63,082 nt of DNA from a virus. The position numbers and the translations under genes are program-made. This document shows, piece by piece, positions 18,372-27,184 of the stretch (position 1 is its first letter; every line of letters starts with the position of its first letter). Under the pieces are notes generated by a model. It saw only the letters and a list, made by a program, of their open reading frames with translations. It had not been told where the DNA came from and ran no database searches. Location of the stretch: the IMG/VR virus record IMGVR_UViG_3300045988_178671, positions 1 through 63,082 of that record; one strand, 5' to 3'.

Positions 18372-18400
18372 TTGACAAAGTATATAAACGTTTATATACT
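18372..18400 (+). promoter_or_regulatory. Rightward early promoter (-35 TTGACA, 17-nt spacer, -10 TATACT), overlapped by the 22-bp perfect palindrome AGTATATAAACGTTTATATACT (operator candidate)
   Basis: Read directly from the sequence; lies in the divergent region between the cI-like gene and the early operon. Confidence 0.55.
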
Positions 18401-18576
18401 TTAACTAACAAGGCGCAAGCCTACAAAATTTTAAGAGCCGCGCGTGGCTCTTACAGAGGAACGGCAGAAAAATTCAAACCGTCCTTTGCCCGGGGAATAA
18501 CAGAGCTAATACCCGGGACAATTATAAAACACGGCGCAGGTTGGCAACCCGCGAACGAAGCCCACCAAAAGGGCGG

Positions 18577-18688
18577 CTGATTAACAGATAAAAAACAGTT
18601 TTTGAAAGGGGCAAAATCCTTTCAAAGTTAATCAGCAAGGCTAGTATCGGGGCAGCCACCCCATAAAAGATACTAGCCCTTTTATTTT
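18577..18688 (+). promoter_or_regulatory. Structured 5' leader element: nested inverted repeats, then a terminator-like hairpin with a U tract
   Basis: Nested repeats CTGATTAAC...GTTAATCAG and TTTGAAAGG...CCTTTCAAA. Hairpin GCTAGTATC...GATACTAGC followed by CCTTTTATTTT. There is no ATG anywhere in 18401-18745. Confidence 0.45.
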
Positions 18689-18745
18689 ACCAAATTGAAA
18701 TTGATAATCAATAAGCGAATTTAATAATTACGGAGGAATAAACAA

Positions 18746-18967
18746 ATGATAGATGTAGGCGCAATTAAGAAAGGAACGCATTTCTTTCACCCGGGAATTG
18801 GGGAACTGGTGTTTGACAAAGAAGCCACCGCAGAACTTCTTGGTTGCACTCCCGCCAACCTGTTGAAAATTCGCGGGAAAGACGGCTTAAACCCTTTACG
18901 GGCGCGCGTCAACCGCAAAACAGTTTACGCACAGACGGACATTGAAGAATATCTGTCCTGCCGCTGA
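18746..18967 (+). CDS. Small HTH DNA-binding protein (Xis/AlpA-like; possible Cro analogue), 73 aa
   Basis: First gene of the early operon; HTH ELLGCTPANLLKIRGK. Confidence 0.5.
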   Translation: MIDVGAIKKGTHFFHPGIGELVFDKEATAELLGCTPANLLKIRGKDGLNPLRARVNRKTVYAQTDIEEYLSCR

Positions 18968-19317
18968 TTTGGCCCGCAAGGGCTCCCGCCGGCCTCCTGT
19001 GAAGGCTACCCTACAACGGCGGGAAAAATTTACCCCGAATTGAAACACAAACGGGGTATGGAAATGCCGAAGCTTGCTCTCTGATAGGTTGTAGTGTTGC
19101 GATACTGAGGGGGTCGCAACTGGGCAGGCAAAGGCAGGCGGAAATGATTACCCCGCTCGGGTGCGCCCGTTATAGCGCACGATTTGAAAGGTTTAGCAAT
19201 GGATTACGAAACAGGACTGGCCGTGTGCCAAGCAATTTTGGATTTGCTGTACATCGCGCTTATTTGCGCCGCACCGCTCTTTTGGCGCGATTTTAAAGAG
19301 TTCATCCGAGGGTAGTT

Positions 19318-19653
19318 ATGCAAGAAAGAACTTACACCAAAGAAGAAATAGAAGCCGCCCGCACAAGCGCGCGATATACGGCAAACGGAATAATCAGAAT
19401 TTGGGCATCCTCAATGGGGGCCGAAGCCGTACGCTTGGCCGAGCAGGTAAAAGACGTTTACGAAACCGATTTGCGGCGTTTACTGCGTGGCGCACCAACC
19501 TTGCAAGAGCATATACACGCGCACCTAAACCCCGATCACGGCGATTTACCGGTATGCGGCAAAAAGCCGGAGTGCCGGAACGCGGCAAACTGTAAGACTT
19601 GCACCGCGTACGAAGATTTTAAGGACAAAATGCGGGATAACTTCCGCGAATAA
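19318..19653 (+). CDS. Hypothetical protein with a C-terminal Cys cluster, 111 aa
   Basis: ORF with RBS; motif CGKKPECRNAANCKTC. Confidence 0.4.
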   Translation: MQERTYTKEEIEAARTSARYTANGIIRIWASSMGAEAVRLAEQVKDVYETDLRRLLRGAPTLQEHIHAHLNPDHGDLPVCGKKPECRNAANCKTCTAYEDFKDKMRDNFRE

Positions 19654-19674
19654 TCAAAAAAGGAGACCATACCA

Positions 19675-20955
19675 ATGACAAACGGCATCATATCATTGAC
19701 CGTAGAAAACATCAAAAAAATCAAGGCCGTAACCATCCGCCCAAGCGGCAATGTGGTGGAAATTACCGGCCGCAACGGGCAAGGCAAAAGCACCGTGTTG
19801 GACGCGATTTGGTGGGCGTTAAAAGGCAAGGATAATATCCAAACCGCGCCCATCCGCAACGGCGAACAAACGGGCAAAATCACGCTGGAAGTGGAGCAGT
19901 ACATCGTAGAGCGCACGTTCAAACGCAACGAACGCGGCGACGATTACACCACCAACATCAAAGTGATTACCAAAGCCCGCGCCCAAATGCGCAGCCCGCA
20001 GGCGGTACTGGACGGCTTTACGGGTATGTTGGGCTTTGACCCGTTGGCCTTTATGCGCCAAACACCCAAGCAACAGTATGACACCCTGCGCGGGCTCTGC
20101 AAATTAGACGTGTACGTGGAAGAACTGGACAGACAATATAAAGACCTGTTTGCCCAACGTACTGAGGTCAACCGCGACGTTAAAACGTGCGAAGCGCGGC
20201 TTGCCAATATGGTAATCCCCGCCGGCGCGCCGACCGAGCGCGTGGACGTGGCCGCTTTGGTTGACAAAGTGGAAGAAATCAACGCGGATAACTCCGCCAT
20301 CGCGCAACGGCAACGTATGCGCCAAACCTTGCTCGCTGATAACGTCCGCCGCGGCGAAGAAGCCAAAAAATTATACGCTCGGCTTGCCGAAATTGAAAAA
20401 GAAAACAAATCCGCCGCCGAACAAATCGGAACGATTACGGATTATCTGCGCGACAACAAACCGCAGGACGCTTCTTTTTACAGCGAAAAAATCAAACAGG
20501 CCGAACAAATCAACAGCATTATGGATTTGCGCGACAACCGCGCTTTGGAAGAAAAGACGCTCCGCGCCGCACAGAGCAAGGCGGACGGCTTAACCGCCCA
20601 AATGCAAGGACTGCAAGAGCAAAAGCGCGCGGCCATCGAATCGGCCCACCTGCCAGTTTCCGGCTTGGAATTTGGCGACGGGGAACTGCTTTTAAACGGA
20701 GTGCCGCTCGAACAGTTATCGACCGCGGAGCAGTTAAAGCTGTCTATGGATATCGCTATGGCGGAAAACCCCAAACTGCGCGTGATTTTGCTTAAAGACG
20801 CGTCGCTGTTAGACCCGCAAAGCACCGACTATGTACGCCGCCGCGCCGTGCAGGAAGGGTACCAAGTTTGGGAAGAACGCGTATCGGCCGAAGGTTCCGT
20901 CGGATTCGTCATTGAAGACGGAGAACTTAAACAGGAAACCGAGGTGGAAAAATGA
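19675..20955 (+). CDS. SMC/SbcC/RecF-like AAA ATPase with a central coiled coil, 426 aa
   Basis: Walker A GRNGQGKST; Walker B/signature ILLKDASLLD; long coiled-coil middle; AAGGAG RBS. Confidence 0.65.
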   Translation: MTNGIISLTVENIKKIKAVTIRPSGNVVEITGRNGQGKSTVLDAIWWALKGKDNIQTAPIRNGEQTGKITLEVEQYIVERTFKRNERGDDYTTNIKVITKARAQMRSPQAVLDGFTGMLGFDPLAFMRQTPKQQYDTLRGLCKLDVYVEELDRQYKDLFAQRTEVNRDVKTCEARLANMVIPAGAPTERVDVAALVDKVEEINADNSAIAQRQRMRQTLLADNVRRGEEAKKLYARLAEIEKENKSAAEQIGTITDYLRDNKPQDASFYSEKIKQAEQINSIMDLRDNRALEEKTLRAAQSKADGLTAQMQGLQEQKRAAIESAHLPVSGLEFGDGELLLNGVPLEQLSTAEQLKLSMDIAMAENPKLRVILLKDASLLDPQSTDYVRRRAVQEGYQVWEERVSAEGSVGFVIEDGELKQETEVEK

Positions 20956-21404
20956 AAATCACCAAAGTAAAAATCAAATCCTGCGACACGGAAATCGCCT
21001 ACCTGGAATCGGAAGCGAAAGACTCCAAAGAGGTGGTTTTTAAAAGTTGGGATTTACAAGCCAAAGAGTTCCTAGACGCTTTGCAAATTTTGAAGCCTTA
21101 CGTTATCTCGGCCTTGGAATTGCCGGAGGATTATGGCGAAACACTGAACGTGCGCGGCCTTACCATCAAGTACGAGGAGGAAGGTATCGGAGTAGTCATA
21201 TCGGCCATTAAGGGCTTATCAACGCTATCTGCGCCGCTGTGCCTTAATACACCGTATATTCCTCCGCTGCGAAACGAAAATGTTACCACGCCGATGTGCG
21301 AGGATTTGGAATACGACGTGGAAAAAATCACGGAGATGGCGCGCAAATTCATGCAAGGGCAGTACCGCGCGCAAGGCCAACTTTTTGACGAGGACAAAAA
21401 ATGA
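20952..21404 (+). CDS. Hypothetical protein, 150 aa
   Basis: ATGA-coupled to the flanking genes. Confidence 0.4.
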   Translation: MKITKVKIKSCDTEIAYLESEAKDSKEVVFKSWDLQAKEFLDALQILKPYVISALELPEDYGETLNVRGLTIKYEEEGIGVVISAIKGLSTLSAPLCLNTPYIPPLRNENVTTPMCEDLEYDVEKITEMARKFMQGQYRAQGQLFDEDKK

Positions 21405-22270
21405 ACACATTAACCGATAAAGAATACTTCGCCTATCCGGCGATTTCCAAGTCGCAACTCCACGCGTGGACGCGCGACAACCCGATGGCTTTTTGGCGCG
21501 GATGCCTTTTGAACCCGAAACACACGCCAGTTGAAGAAAACGACGCCATCTCAAACGGCAAACTGCGGCACACGCTTTTATTGGAGCCGCACAAGGCAGA
21601 AAGCGAGTTTCTCGTTATTGAGGGCGGTCGCGGATTTTCCACCCGCAATACAGCAGCGTTTCAAAAAGTAATTGCCGATAACCCAAATGTTACGGTTGTA
21701 ACGCAGGAAGAGTACGACCTTGCCAAACTGCAAATTGAAACGCTCAAAAGCTACAAGCCCGTGCAAAACCTGCTCGCCGGTGCGAGCGTGGAACAGGCGT
21801 ACTTTTGGACGGATAAAGCTACGGGCCTGCCGCTTAAGGCAAAACTGGACTTAATCAAACGGATTAAAGAGGGCGTGCTTATCGTGGAATACAAAACCAC
21901 AACAAAAGGTTTTGACCAAATAGAACGCGGCTTGGATGTGATGGGTTGGCAATGGGATGCCGGTATGCAATGCAAAGCCGTAAAAGCCAAGTACGGCGAA
22001 ATGCCCTTTCAAATGCTGTTCATCGTGCAAAGCCAAGCCGAGGGAGAAGAAAACCGCATCCGCCTGTTCGTAGTAGACCAAACAGATTTAGACACCTGCG
22101 TGTACTATGTGGACAGCGTTCTTGCGGAAATCAAAGAGCGGTACGGCCAATGGGGCCTCGGCAATCCGGAAGCGTGGAAAACGAAACTCGCCCACCACAC
22201 CTTCCAAGGCTATCAAGGAACGGCGTTCTCGTTTGCCTTTGATAAAGAATTGGCGGAAATGGGGAATTAA
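21401..22270 (+). CDS. PD-(D/E)XK recombination exonuclease (YqaJ / lambda Exo-like), 289 aa
   Basis: D...EYK motif (KLDLI...LIVEYKTT); immediately upstream of RecT. Confidence 0.65.
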   Translation: MNTLTDKEYFAYPAISKSQLHAWTRDNPMAFWRGCLLNPKHTPVEENDAISNGKLRHTLLLEPHKAESEFLVIEGGRGFSTRNTAAFQKVIADNPNVTVVTQEEYDLAKLQIETLKSYKPVQNLLAGASVEQAYFWTDKATGLPLKAKLDLIKRIKEGVLIVEYKTTTKGFDQIERGLDVMGWQWDAGMQCKAVKAKYGEMPFQMLFIVQSQAEGEENRIRLFVVDQTDLDTCVYYVDSVLAEIKERYGQWGLGNPEAWKTKLAHHTFQGYQGTAFSFAFDKELAEMGN

Positions 22271-22272
22271 TT

Positions 22273-23124
22273 ATGGAAAACAATACTCAACTTGCTATCA
22301 AAGATGCCGACATAGTCGTAAGCGGCGCGCGCGAAATCAGTGAATACTTGCGAACGCTCATCCAATCACCCAAGTTTATTACCAACCCCATGCAAAACTT
22401 GAATGACCGCATTTTAAGCTTCGTTTACCAATGCAAAAAGATGAAGCCGGAAGATTTGGCCCAATGTACACGCGGGTCTATCGCGGAAGCGTTTAAAACC
22501 TCGTTGGATGTGGGTCTGCCTGTTAACGCTTACCAGTTGGCTTACTTAACAAAATACGGCAAGGAATTGACTTACCATATCGGCTACAAGGGGTACCTGT
22601 ACAAGATACGGCAACTGCGCAAAGGCGCCTATGTGGAAGTTCATTTGTTGTGGGCTGACGATGAATTTTCCTACCAAAGCCAAAGCGGCCGCGCGGAATA
22701 TACCTACAAACCGGCAAAACCCGTACGGTCGGATTTTGGGACAGTAACAGGCGGTTTTGTGTATATGGCGTGGACACAGAACGGGCGGGAGTACTCCTGT
22801 ATTCACACAATGAGCCGCGAAGAAATTGATAAAGCCAAAAAAGCTTCCAAAGCCCAATACGGGCCGTGGGTTATGTGGACTGGCGAAATGATGAAGAAGG
22901 TACTTTTGCGCCGCGCCTGCAAACTTGAATTTATCGGGGAGCCGGAAATGGAGCGGATCATTGAAATTGACAACAAAGAGTATGACCGCCCCGCGCACCA
23001 AATGCAGCAACCCGATACCGTCAATTACGCGGATGTTCAACCGTTGGACGAACCGACGCAGGGCGGCGTTGTTTCCGCAGAAATCATAGACGAACCCGCC
23101 GATACCGGGGCGGCGGGCGAGTAA
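22273..23124 (+). CDS. recT: RecT-family single-strand annealing recombinase, 283 aa
   Basis: GPWVMWTGEMMKKVLLRRACKLE aligns to the E. coli RecT segment GPWVTHWEEMAKKTAIRRLFKYL; central region is also similar. Confidence 0.8.
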   Translation: MENNTQLAIKDADIVVSGAREISEYLRTLIQSPKFITNPMQNLNDRILSFVYQCKKMKPEDLAQCTRGSIAEAFKTSLDVGLPVNAYQLAYLTKYGKELTYHIGYKGYLYKIRQLRKGAYVEVHLLWADDEFSYQSQSGRAEYTYKPAKPVRSDFGTVTGGFVYMAWTQNGREYSCIHTMSREEIDKAKKASKAQYGPWVMWTGEMMKKVLLRRACKLEFIGEPEMERIIEIDNKEYDRPAHQMQQPDTVNYADVQPLDEPTQGGVVSAEIIDEPADTGAAGE

Positions 23125-23178
23125 GCCCAAGGGCGGCGGCGTTTACGGGAGAGCGCCGTCGCCCCTAAAAGGAGAAAT

Positions 23179-23661
23179 ATGTTTAACAAATACGGATGTT
23201 ATGCAATGGGTGTAAAACTGAAACCGCACCGCGAAGATTTGGAACACGGCTTGCAAAAAGAAATCTGTACGTTTTTAGATTTCCAATCCGCAACACTGCC
23301 GATGCTCTATTTTGCAGTACCAAACGCGCTTAAATTTTTAAGCACGCTCAAAGATACCCGCCGTATCAGCGCGGCCTACGCCAAAATGCGTGCCGAAGGT
23401 TTTAAAGATGGCGTCAGCGATTTGGTGGTAGTTATAAAACGCGATAACCGGCTGAAACTGGGGTTTTTTGAGCAGAAACGGCCTGCCACCTACAAAACTA
23501 GCGAAAAGACCGGCAAACGCGTTATAAATACCCCCGCGGGCAAACCTACGGAAAGCCAGTTGGCCTTTTTGGAAGAAGCGCGAAAACTGGGGGCTTACGG
23601 GGCCGTGTCTTACACGTTGGAAGAGTTTCAGAATCATTGGCAGGAATTTCTAGAAAGTTGA
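23179..23661 (+). CDS. VRR-NUC domain nuclease (PD-(D/E)XK), 160 aa
   Basis: GVSDLVVV...GFFEQKRP...ESQLAFLEEARKLGAYGAV matches the VRR-NUC D/E-K/Q pattern. Confidence 0.55.
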   Translation: MFNKYGCYAMGVKLKPHREDLEHGLQKEICTFLDFQSATLPMLYFAVPNALKFLSTLKDTRRISAAYAKMRAEGFKDGVSDLVVVIKRDNRLKLGFFEQKRPATYKTSEKTGKRVINTPAGKPTESQLAFLEEARKLGAYGAVSYTLEEFQNHWQEFLES

Positions 23662-23668
23662 GGCGACT

Positions 23669-24430
23669 ATGGGAAAGAGGTTTACAGACACCGACAAATG
23701 GACCAAACAATGGTTCGGCGATTTAAGCATACGTGAGAAGGTACTGTGGCTGTACTGCTGTGACGCGTGCGACGCGGCCGGAATAGCGGATTTTTCCACC
23801 AAATTTTTTAGCGTGTCGGTAGGATTCCCCGTTAAAAAAGAAACATTGGATAAAGCCTTTGGAGACCGCATCGTGTGGTTGGAATCAAGCAAGTTCTTCA
23901 TTCCGTCCTTTATCGAATTTCAGTACGGGCAACTTACCGAAGCCTGCAAGCCGCATAAACCGATTATCAAAGAATTGGAAAAACTGGGGCTTTTGGTTAT
24001 GGAAAACGGAAAGGGTACCGTAAGGGTATTGAAAGGGTATTCAAAGGGTATTAATACCCTTGAAGAAAAAGAAAAGGAACAAGAACAAGAAAAAGAAACA
24101 AAAGGGGTTGCAGGGGAAAAGGAACCCTTTGCCGATTTTTGGGCCGTATACCCCAAACAGAGAATCGGCAACAAGGACAAAGCCCGCGCGGCGTTTGTGC
24201 AAGCCGTCAAACGCACCGGTAAAACGCCGCAGGAAATCACGGACAAAGCGGCAGAATACGCCGCAAGCGAAGAAGTGGCGCGCGGATTTGCCAAGGGCGC
24301 GCAGGCGTGGCTGAATGACGACCGCTTCCTGCGCAATTATGCACCGGCCAAGACTTCCGGCGCCGCGTTGGCGGCGGCAAGAGAGGCCGGCACGGCCAAA
24401 ATTGACGAGATTTTCGGAGGTTCCAAATGA
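23669..24430 (+). CDS. Replisome organiser / replication initiator, 253 aa; carries the origin iterons internally
   Basis: N-terminal replisome-organiser-like domain. The C-terminal FWAVYPKQRIGNKDKARAAF domain is shared with the phage B initiator. Directly upstream of the helicase loader. Confidence 0.6.
   Translation: MGKRFTDTDKWTKQWFGDLSIREKVLWLYCCDACDAAGIADFSTKFFSVSVGFPVKKETLDKAFGDRIVWLESSKFFIPSFIEFQYGQLTEACKPHKPIIKELEKLGLLVMENGKGTVRVLKGYSKGINTLEEKEKEQEQEKETKGVAGEKEPFADFWAVYPKQRIGNKDKARAAFVQAVKRTGKTPQEITDKAAEYAASEEVARGFAKGAQAWLNDDRFLRNYAPAKTSGAALAAAREAGTAKIDEIFGGSK
24011..24061 (+). repeat. Four AAGGGTA(T/C)T iterons spaced exactly 11 bp apart, ending in the palindrome AAGGGTATTAATACCCTT; purine-rich A tract follows (ori candidate)
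   Basis: Iteron starts at 24011, 24022, 24033 and 24044; they lie inside the linker region of the organiser gene. Confidence 0.6.
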
Positions 24431-25131
24431 GCGAACAGTGCATTTTTTGCGGCAAACCGTACCAACAAGTCCGCTACGAAGTATGCGGACAGGTTCGCAG
24501 TATGCTTCAACCGGCCTGTGATTGCGAGGAGCGGGAAGCTGAAAAACAACGCCAAGCCGAAGAACACGCCCGCAAACTGGCCCGCGTGGCCGCGCTTAAT
24601 TTGCCGCCGATTTTCGCCCCGTGGTGGCTCAAAAATTTGGAATGCGAACACGCCGCGGATGCGCAAATCTACGTGGAGGGTTTCCGTCCTCGCCAAAGCA
24701 AGGGGCTGTTCCTCTCCGGCACCAACGGCAATGGAAAAAGCACGCTTGCCGCCGTTATTTGTAAAGAGTTGGCGTACCGCGGCCGCCGCGTGCTGTTTAC
24801 CACGATGACCGAAATGTTAGACAGAATGGAGCAGGGCGTTGGCGGCAACCGTGCGGCGCAGGCACGGCGCACACTTTGTGAGTTACTAGCGTATGACTTT
24901 ATCGTATTTGACGACTACGGACGCGAGAATTACACCCCCGTCCGCCTGCAAAACGTATTTCAAATTGTGGACAGATTGTATACGCACCAAATCGTGTTCG
25001 CTATGACGACCAACCCGGAATGTATCGCGCGGATAGCCAATATCCCCGAAATGGCAGCCATAAACGACCGTATCGGCCAAGTTTTAACACGTTGGGATTT
25101 TGCACGGACATCGTTCCGGCGCCAAAATTAA
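24427..25131 (+). CDS. DnaC/IstB-like helicase loader ATPase, 234 aa
   Basis: Walker A GTNGNGKST; Walker B FIVFDDYG; ATGA-coupled to the organiser. Confidence 0.7.
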   Translation: MSEQCIFCGKPYQQVRYEVCGQVRSMLQPACDCEEREAEKQRQAEEHARKLARVAALNLPPIFAPWWLKNLECEHAADAQIYVEGFRPRQSKGLFLSGTNGNGKSTLAAVICKELAYRGRRVLFTTMTEMLDRMEQGVGGNRAAQARRTLCELLAYDFIVFDDYGRENYTPVRLQNVFQIVDRLYTHQIVFAMTTNPECIARIANIPEMAAINDRIGQVLTRWDFARTSFRRQN

Positions 25132-25285
25132 AGTTTTGAGGTTATGACTGTTTTCCGCCGCATCCTGCGGCCCGCTTTGCAGCACAGCAGAAGCGCAAAG
25201 CAAGAAACAAGAAGAGGAAAAAAGTCAATGAAAAAAGAAGTTATCGGCAACATCCACGAAAATATGGAACTCTTGGAGATGGAAA

Positions 25286-25435
25286 ATGCCAAATGAACTT
25301 AAATTTTGTCCGTTCTGTGGGGAAGAGCCTCAAAAAGCAGGTTTTACCGTTATGCACTGTTGTAGAGTGCTTGATATGGAAATCAGAGTTCCTTTGTCTT
25401 GTTGGAACCACCGAGCGGAGGGTAAGAATGGCTAA
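25286..25435 (+). CDS. Lar-family restriction-alleviation zinc-ribbon protein, 49 aa
   Basis: MPNELKFCPFCGEEP...HCC...SCWNHRAEG matches the Lar family signature (ELKPCPFCG ... AWNRRA). Too short to appear in the supplied ORF track. Confidence 0.6.
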   Translation: MPNELKFCPFCGEEPQKAGFTVMHCCRVLDMEIRVPLSCWNHRAEGKNG

Positions 25436-25718
25436 AACCTTACATCTTACGCTTACCTACCACTGGTGGGAAGAAATAGCCGCCGACCGAAAAACGTGCG
25501 AATACCGCCGCTTTACGGAGGGCTGGCGCAAACGCTTAAACGGTTTAAGACGCGGTGATTCTATCGTATTCCACCGCGGCTATACCGGCCGCACTCTGAC
25601 ACGACGCATAGAGGATATCCGCGTAATTGTGGGATGGGATTTACCCAACGAAGTGTACGAGTATTTCAAAAAACCCAATGAGGAAAAATTCTTCGAAATT
25701 CAATTCAGCAAAGAATAA
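25428..25718 (+). CDS. ASCH (PUA-like) domain protein, about 96 aa from the internal Met
   Basis: KTLHLTLTYHWWEEIAADRKTCEYRR fits the ASCH GxKxxExR-like motif; start chosen at MAKTLHL, which carries an RBS. Confidence 0.5.
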   Translation: MAKTLHLTLTYHWWEEIAADRKTCEYRRFTEGWRKRLNGLRRGDSIVFHRGYTGRTLTRRIEDIRVIVGWDLPNEVYEYFKKPNEEKFFEIQFSKE

Positions 25719-25747
25719 ATAAATCAGAAAAATAAAGTCGTTGAATC

Positions 25748-25777
25748 GGCCCCTATTATGGGGTAGGGGCTTTTTTT
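25748..25777 (+). terminator. Rho-independent terminator directly upstream of integrase A
   Basis: GCCCCTA / TAGGGGC stem followed by a T7 run. Confidence 0.6.
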
Positions 25778-25795
25778 GCAAATTTTGAGGTTTTT

Positions 25796-26938
25796 ATGTC
25801 AGACAAAATTCACTTATATGAAATTCGGCAAGGTGTTTTTCGGTGCCAAAAGCAGATTAACAGTATTCGTTTTGTGAAAGATTTTTACGGAACCGAAAAA
25901 CAATGCGAAACACAAGCACGTGCGTGGTGGGAAGATATCAAATCCCGCTATCGCGATAACTGGGATGGAACAAAAACATGGGACTTTTTCAAAACAAAAT
26001 GGGAGGAATGGGCCCGCTTGGAAACAAAATCCAAAGTTCCTATGGCAGAACGTACGATTACAGAATACAAGTGGGCATTTAAACAGGCTGAACGCCTTAT
26101 TTCCCCGATCCGTTATCTTGCCGATATTACACTTCAAAAACTACGTCTTGCCCGTGGAGTATTGGAAGATGAAGCGCGTGCAAAGGATGCGGACAATTAT
26201 GGCCCCAATAAGTTCGTTGGTTGTATGCGTGCCAGCCTGATGTGGGCTATGGAGCGTGGGTATATGAAAGATATTATATTAGATAACTTCCGCGCACTCC
26301 CAGTAGCAGAGGTAAAAGTAAAAACCCAAAGTATCCGAGAAATAGAACTACTCTTAAAATACGGTAGTACCAAAGAACGTGTGGTTGTTCTATTGGGCTT
26401 TGACTGCGGTTGCCGGCCCGAAGAAATCGCCAATATGCTTATTAACAACTTAGATTTGGAAAACGGTTTTGCCGATATTACACCACACGAAGAAGACAGC
26501 AAGCACGGCATTACGCGGTGGCATCCAAAGGTTTGGAAACGCCGTCAAATCCGACTTACGCCACGCCTTATTGCAGAAATTAAAAAACTGGGCAGCGAGG
26601 GCCCCTACTTGATTTCAAACCAATATGGCGAACCATATACGCAACTGGGATTCCCGCAGTTTTATGGCAAATTTGTAAAAAAAGTAAATGCCTGCATTCG
26701 GGATAAAGAAAAAGACCCCATAAAAATTACGGCTAGTTGCAAAACCTTGCGCAAAAATTACAGCACAAGCCGGCAAGGGCAAGGAGCCACCATTGAAGAA
26801 ACGGGTAAGAGTATGGGCCACGCGGACAGCAAAGTTACGCGCAAAAACTATACGGACACATTAACCCCCGAAATGCGCGCACAGGAGCGGGAACGACTTA
26901 AAAAAATGGATCAGTTTATCGTACCGTTGGAGTATTAA
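25796..26938 (+). CDS. int: Tyrosine recombinase / integrase A, 380 aa
   Basis: C-terminal MGHADSKVTRKNYTD (the HxxR...Y region); Arm-type N-terminal domain. Confidence 0.8.
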   Translation: MSDKIHLYEIRQGVFRCQKQINSIRFVKDFYGTEKQCETQARAWWEDIKSRYRDNWDGTKTWDFFKTKWEEWARLETKSKVPMAERTITEYKWAFKQAERLISPIRYLADITLQKLRLARGVLEDEARAKDADNYGPNKFVGCMRASLMWAMERGYMKDIILDNFRALPVAEVKVKTQSIREIELLLKYGSTKERVVVLLGFDCGCRPEEIANMLINNLDLENGFADITPHEEDSKHGITRWHPKVWKRRQIRLTPRLIAEIKKLGSEGPYLISNQYGEPYTQLGFPQFYGKFVKKVNACIRDKEKDPIKITASCKTLRKNYSTSRQGQGATIEETGKSMGHADSKVTRKNYTDTLTPEMRAQERERLKKMDQFIVPLEY

Positions 26939-27011
26939 CAACCGCTACTATAAACGCTACTGCCCCGACGTGCGTTGTACGGCCTCCCTCTCCGTTTTGC
27001 TATACAACCAT

Positions 27012-27040
27012 AAACCCCGACGAGGTCGGGGTTTTTTGTT
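27012..27040 (+). terminator. Rho-independent terminator between the two convergent integrase genes
   Basis: CCCCGAC-gag-GTCGGGG stem followed by TTTTTTGTT. Confidence 0.65.
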
Positions 27041-27112
27041 GACTTTTACGACGGAAAACATAGTAAAGAGTAGTAAACAAAATTAAACAAAGTTAAACTA
27101 AAACAAAGACAA

Positions 27113-27184
27113 AGTGGGGGCAAAAGTGGGGGCAGAATACCTAAAAATCAAGTGGGGGACACTCGGACAAAAGTGGGGGACACT
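27113..27184 (+). repeat. Four direct AGTGGGGG repeats: two as AGTGGGGGCA and two as AGTGGGGGACACT. Putative integrase arm-type binding sites (attP arm or prophage junction).
   Basis: Repeats at 27113, 27125, 27151 and 27172, abutting the 3' end of integrase B. Confidence 0.5.

Noticed and set aside
19394-19928. Overlapping ORFs 19394-19588 (minus), 19401-19595 (plus) and 19536-19928 (minus)
   Set aside because: They overlap the well-supported 19318 and 19675 genes, which have RBSs, and are Arg-rich shadow frames
26939-27182. A tRNA or tmRNA integration target between the integrases
   Set aside because: The spacer contains no cloverleaf-compatible sequence and no CCA or T-loop motif; it holds only a terminator and AT-rich repeats
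27113-27184. A CRISPR-like array formed by the AGTGGGGG repeats
   Set aside because: The repeats are only 9-13 bp with irregular 3-19 bp spacing and lie next to an integrase. They fit arm-type binding sites, not a CRISPR array.
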